Shown here piece by piece: positions 61,665-64,000 of a DNA stretch of 64,000 nt; the stretch's first letter is position 1; each line of letters starts with the position of its first letter. The notes beneath the pieces are model-generated. The model had not been told where the DNA came from. It was given only the letters and a program-made list of their open reading frames with translations, and did no database searches. Source of the stretch: Candidatus Bipolaricaulota bacterium (GTDB lineage: Bacteria; Bipolaricaulota; Bipolaricaulia; Bipolaricaulales; Bipolaricaulaceae); the NCBI GenBank assembly GCA_025060555.1, contig JANXBC010000001.1:8904-72903 (forward strand). The letters run 5' to 3'. The position numbers and the translations under genes are program-made.

Positions 61665-62629
61665 GATCCCTCTCTCCTCCGCACCTCCACCTTTTCCAAT
61701 TCAGCTAGGATTTTCTTACGATCAAGGCAAAGCTTTTCCTCCACCTCGGCGGAGGCCACCGCGGCGGCCATCCCATATTTCACGCTTTCGATGAGGTCCG
61801 CGCCCTGGTGCAGCCCCACCAGCACTCCCCCCACCAGGGCATCATCAGCCCCAACGAGGTTTCTGAAAGCGCTTAGAGGAGTTTTCGCCTCGAATTTCCA
61901 TATCCCCTCAGCACTAACTAAGATGTCCCCGGTCAATTGATGGGAAATGAGACAGATCTCCGCGCCTTGAGCGATGGCACGGCGGCCAGCGGCTATCACT
62001 CCTTCCTCCGTATGGAGGGGCAGATCTCCAAACCGCAGACCCTCGCGCACGTCAGGTTTCACCAAGAATGGGCGCTCGGCGAGGCTGCGTAACATCGGCT
62101 CCCCACCCGCGTGCACCACCACGCGCACCCCCTTCTCGCGCGCCCGTCGTGCTAAGTCTTGGTAGAAGTCCAGAGGGATACCCGGGGGGAGGGCCCCGGC
62201 CAAAACTACATAGCTTGCGCGCAGAAGCATCCGTTCGTATTTACGCAGGAAGATGCGCAAAGCCTCCGCGGGGATGGGGGGGCCTTCTTCGTGGATGTGA
62301 ATGGGGCAATATTCATGGCCCCGCACAATTAACGCGACATTGGTGCGGTTTTCCTCGTCAATCCATACGAAATTCGTGCTCACCCCCCGGGCAAGAAGAT
62401 CTCGCAAGATGACCTGCCCAGTATGCCCACCAAGAAAACCCATGGCTACAGTGTCAATATCGTGGGCTGCGAGGAAGACAGAAACGTTTATGCCCTTCCC
62501 CCCAGCAGAGGTCAACGATTTTGTCGTGCGAATCGTGACCCCCTCTTCGCTTGGCGCCAAACTTTCGGGAAGGTGCTCTAGCCAATAAAACTTGTCCAGG
62601 GCCGGGTTGAGGGTTACGGTGAGGATCAT
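61661..62629 (-). CDS. PfkB-family hexose-phosphate kinase (1-phosphofructokinase/tagatose-6-P kinase type)
   Basis: MILTVTLNPALD N-terminus, GGKGINV, and the C-terminal GADDALVGG motif. Confidence 0.85.
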   Translation of the reverse strand: MILTVTLNPALDKFYWLEHLPESLAPSEEGVTIRTTKSLTSAGGKGINVSVFLAAHDIDTVAMGFLGGHTGQVILRDLLARGVSTNFVWIDEENRTNVALIVRGHEYCPIHIHEEGPPIPAEALRIFLRKYERMLLRASYVVLAGALPPGIPLDFYQDLARRAREKGVRVVVHAGGEPMLRSLAERPFLVKPDVREGLRFGDLPLHTEEGVIAAGRRAIAQGAEICLISHQLTGDILVSAEGIWKFEAKTPLSAFRNLVGADDALVGGVLVGLHQGADLIESVKYGMAAAVASAEVEEKLCLDRKKILAELEKVEVRRREGS

Positions 62630-63930
62630 AGAACAGGTTCCTTCACTCCACCGAGAAGAGCCGCGGGGGTAGCTCCGCTGACCTCCACCTCGACCAGGGT
62701 TCCCACTAGCTCCGGTCCACCTGTGGCCAAAACCGTCCGGAAATCGCGCGTCTTTCCTATCACCATCCCCTTTTCCGGCAAATGCTCCTCCACCAAGACC
62801 TCTACGGTTTGCCCCACCCGTTCCTGGTGGAGTTCCAGCGCGATTTTACGGGCTAAGTTCAGGACTTCTTGGAGGCGGCGGGCCTTTTCCCCTTTGGAAA
62901 CGGGATCACCCAAAGCTTCCGCGGGCGTATTGGGCCTAGGCGAGTACGCAGCCACATACACCGTGCCAAACCGCACCTCTTCGATGAGGGAAAGGGTCTC
63001 CTCAAAATCTCGCTCCTCTTCCGTGGGAAAGCCTACGATCAAATCCGTGGTGATGTTCAAAGCAGGGATAGCCCGACGCAGACGCTCCACAAGAGCGAGG
63101 AACTGCTCGCGGGTATAGCCACGCCGCATCGCCCGAAGTACGCGGTCGCTCCCGGACTGCACAGCAAGATGCACATGCTCACAGATGTTTTTCTCCTCCG
63201 CAAGGACAGAAATAACTTCCTCTGTCATGTACGCCGGATGAGAACTGGTGAAACGCACGCGCGGAATGTCAATCTTCCCAATTCGGCGCAGAAGCCCAGC
63301 GAAACTCGTCCCATCATGGAGATCCAGGCCATAAGCATCCACGTTCTGGCCAAGCAGGGTGATCTCCATGTACCCCTTTTGTGCGAGTTCTTCCACCTCG
63401 GCCAAGATTTCACCCATTGGGCGAGAGCGCAGAGGTCCGCGCACCTTGGGGATCACGCAGTAGGCGCAGGAATGAGAACACCCTTCTGCGATGGTCACGT
63501 ATGCCTGGAATGAGCTTTTCCGCAATATCGGCAAGTATTCTAACCCTGTAGGCTCCGGGATGAATGCGATGCGTTCCCCTCTTTGCGCCCGCTGAATGAG
63601 TTCAGGAAGGTAGCGCAGCCCCGTGGTGCCAAAAAGGAAATCAGCCGTAGGACAGAGGGAGAAAAGTTGGGAGCCGCGGCCTTGGGGCATACACCCGCCC
63701 ACGCCGATGAGCACCGACCTTTCTCGCTTGAGACGGGAAAGCTCGGCAACCCGACTGACCACTTTGTCTTCGCTCTTTTGCCGAACCATACAAGTGTTGA
63801 GGAGTATCACATCCGCTTCCTCCGGCTTTTCCACAATGCTGAACCCCGCCGCGGCAAGGACCCCGGCGATCTCCTCGCTTTTGTGATGATTGAGCTGGCA
63901 GCCCCAGGTAAGGATGCACGCGCGCATCAT
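62626..63930 (-). CDS. miaB: tRNA-i6A37 methylthiotransferase (radical SAM, MiaB); alternative start at 63987
   Basis: UPF0004 N-domain TWGCQLNHHKSE, radical-SAM CSHSCAYC, C-terminal TRAM domain. Confidence 0.9.
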   Translation of the reverse strand: MMRACILTWGCQLNHHKSEEIAGVLAAAGFSIVEKPEEADVILLNTCMVRQKSEDKVVSRVAELSRLKRERSVLIGVGGCMPQGRGSQLFSLCPTADFLFGTTGLRYLPELIQRAQRGERIAFIPEPTGLEYLPILRKSSFQAYVTIAEGCSHSCAYCVIPKVRGPLRSRPMGEILAEVEELAQKGYMEITLLGQNVDAYGLDLHDGTSFAGLLRRIGKIDIPRVRFTSSHPAYMTEEVISVLAEEKNICEHVHLAVQSGSDRVLRAMRRGYTREQFLALVERLRRAIPALNITTDLIVGFPTEEERDFEETLSLIEEVRFGTVYVAAYSPRPNTPAEALGDPVSKGEKARRLQEVLNLARKIALELHQERVGQTVEVLVEEHLPEKGMVIGKTRDFRTVLATGGPELVGTLVEVEVSGATPAALLGGVKEPVL

Positions 63931-64000
63931 TTCGATCCTAGCAAGTTTACCTTCGTCCACAACCCCTGTGCTTCCTTCGAGTATCATCGTTTTGTGCGGC

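Noticed and set aside
1-64000. Window-wide scan for tRNA/rRNA genes, CRISPR arrays, transposases or integrases, and long inverted or direct repeats.
   Set aside because: I found no T-loop (GGTTCGAATCC-like) contexts outside CDSs, no spaced short repeats and no transposase- or integrase-like ORFs. The only long exact repeat seen by eye is the 74-nt riboswitch pair.

Overview
GC-rich bacterial chromosomal segment with thermophile-like protein composition. I saw no rRNA, tRNA, CRISPR array, IS element or prophage signature. About 55 genes can be supported.

Layout:
- 1-8.4 kb: a sugar-utilisation island with a GH3 glycosidase, a GntR regulator, a decayed isomerase stub, xylB, an aldo/keto reductase and a CUT2-type ABC transporter.
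- 8.5-11.8 kb: an MrfB/MrfA-like (YprB/YprA) exonuclease-helicase pair.
- 11.9-17.1 kb (minus strand) and 23.5-29.8 kb (plus strand): two loci that are divergent in sequence but identical in architecture. Each encodes small secreted beta-rich subunits, a two-domain subunit (a novel N-domain plus a subunit-like C-domain), a two-Ig-domain DUF916/PapD-like protein, and an 830-950 aa protein whose central region looks like an outer-membrane beta-barrel flanked by Ig-like modules.
- Between the two loci: hppA, a P-type Ca-ATPase, rimI and a TatT-like TPR protein.
- 29.8-64 kb: mostly housekeeping genes (argF, gltX, uppP, birA, mutM, leuS, hflX, murA, rho, proS, a dinG-like helicase, miaB), a glycosyltransferase/acyltransferase group, an unusual thiol-redox fusion protein next to a NapH-like protein, and a very Cys-rich secreted protein.

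Main finding: the plus-strand locus sits behind a near-consensus sigma70 promoter and two 100 % identical 74-nt c-di-GMP-I (GEMM-I) riboswitch aptamers. Each aptamer has its own closing helix that touches a start codon or a Shine-Dalgarno site. I interpret the loci as an undescribed, second-messenger-controlled, chaperone-usher-like or WxL-like surface-fibre/adhesin assembly system. That function is inferred, not demonstrated.
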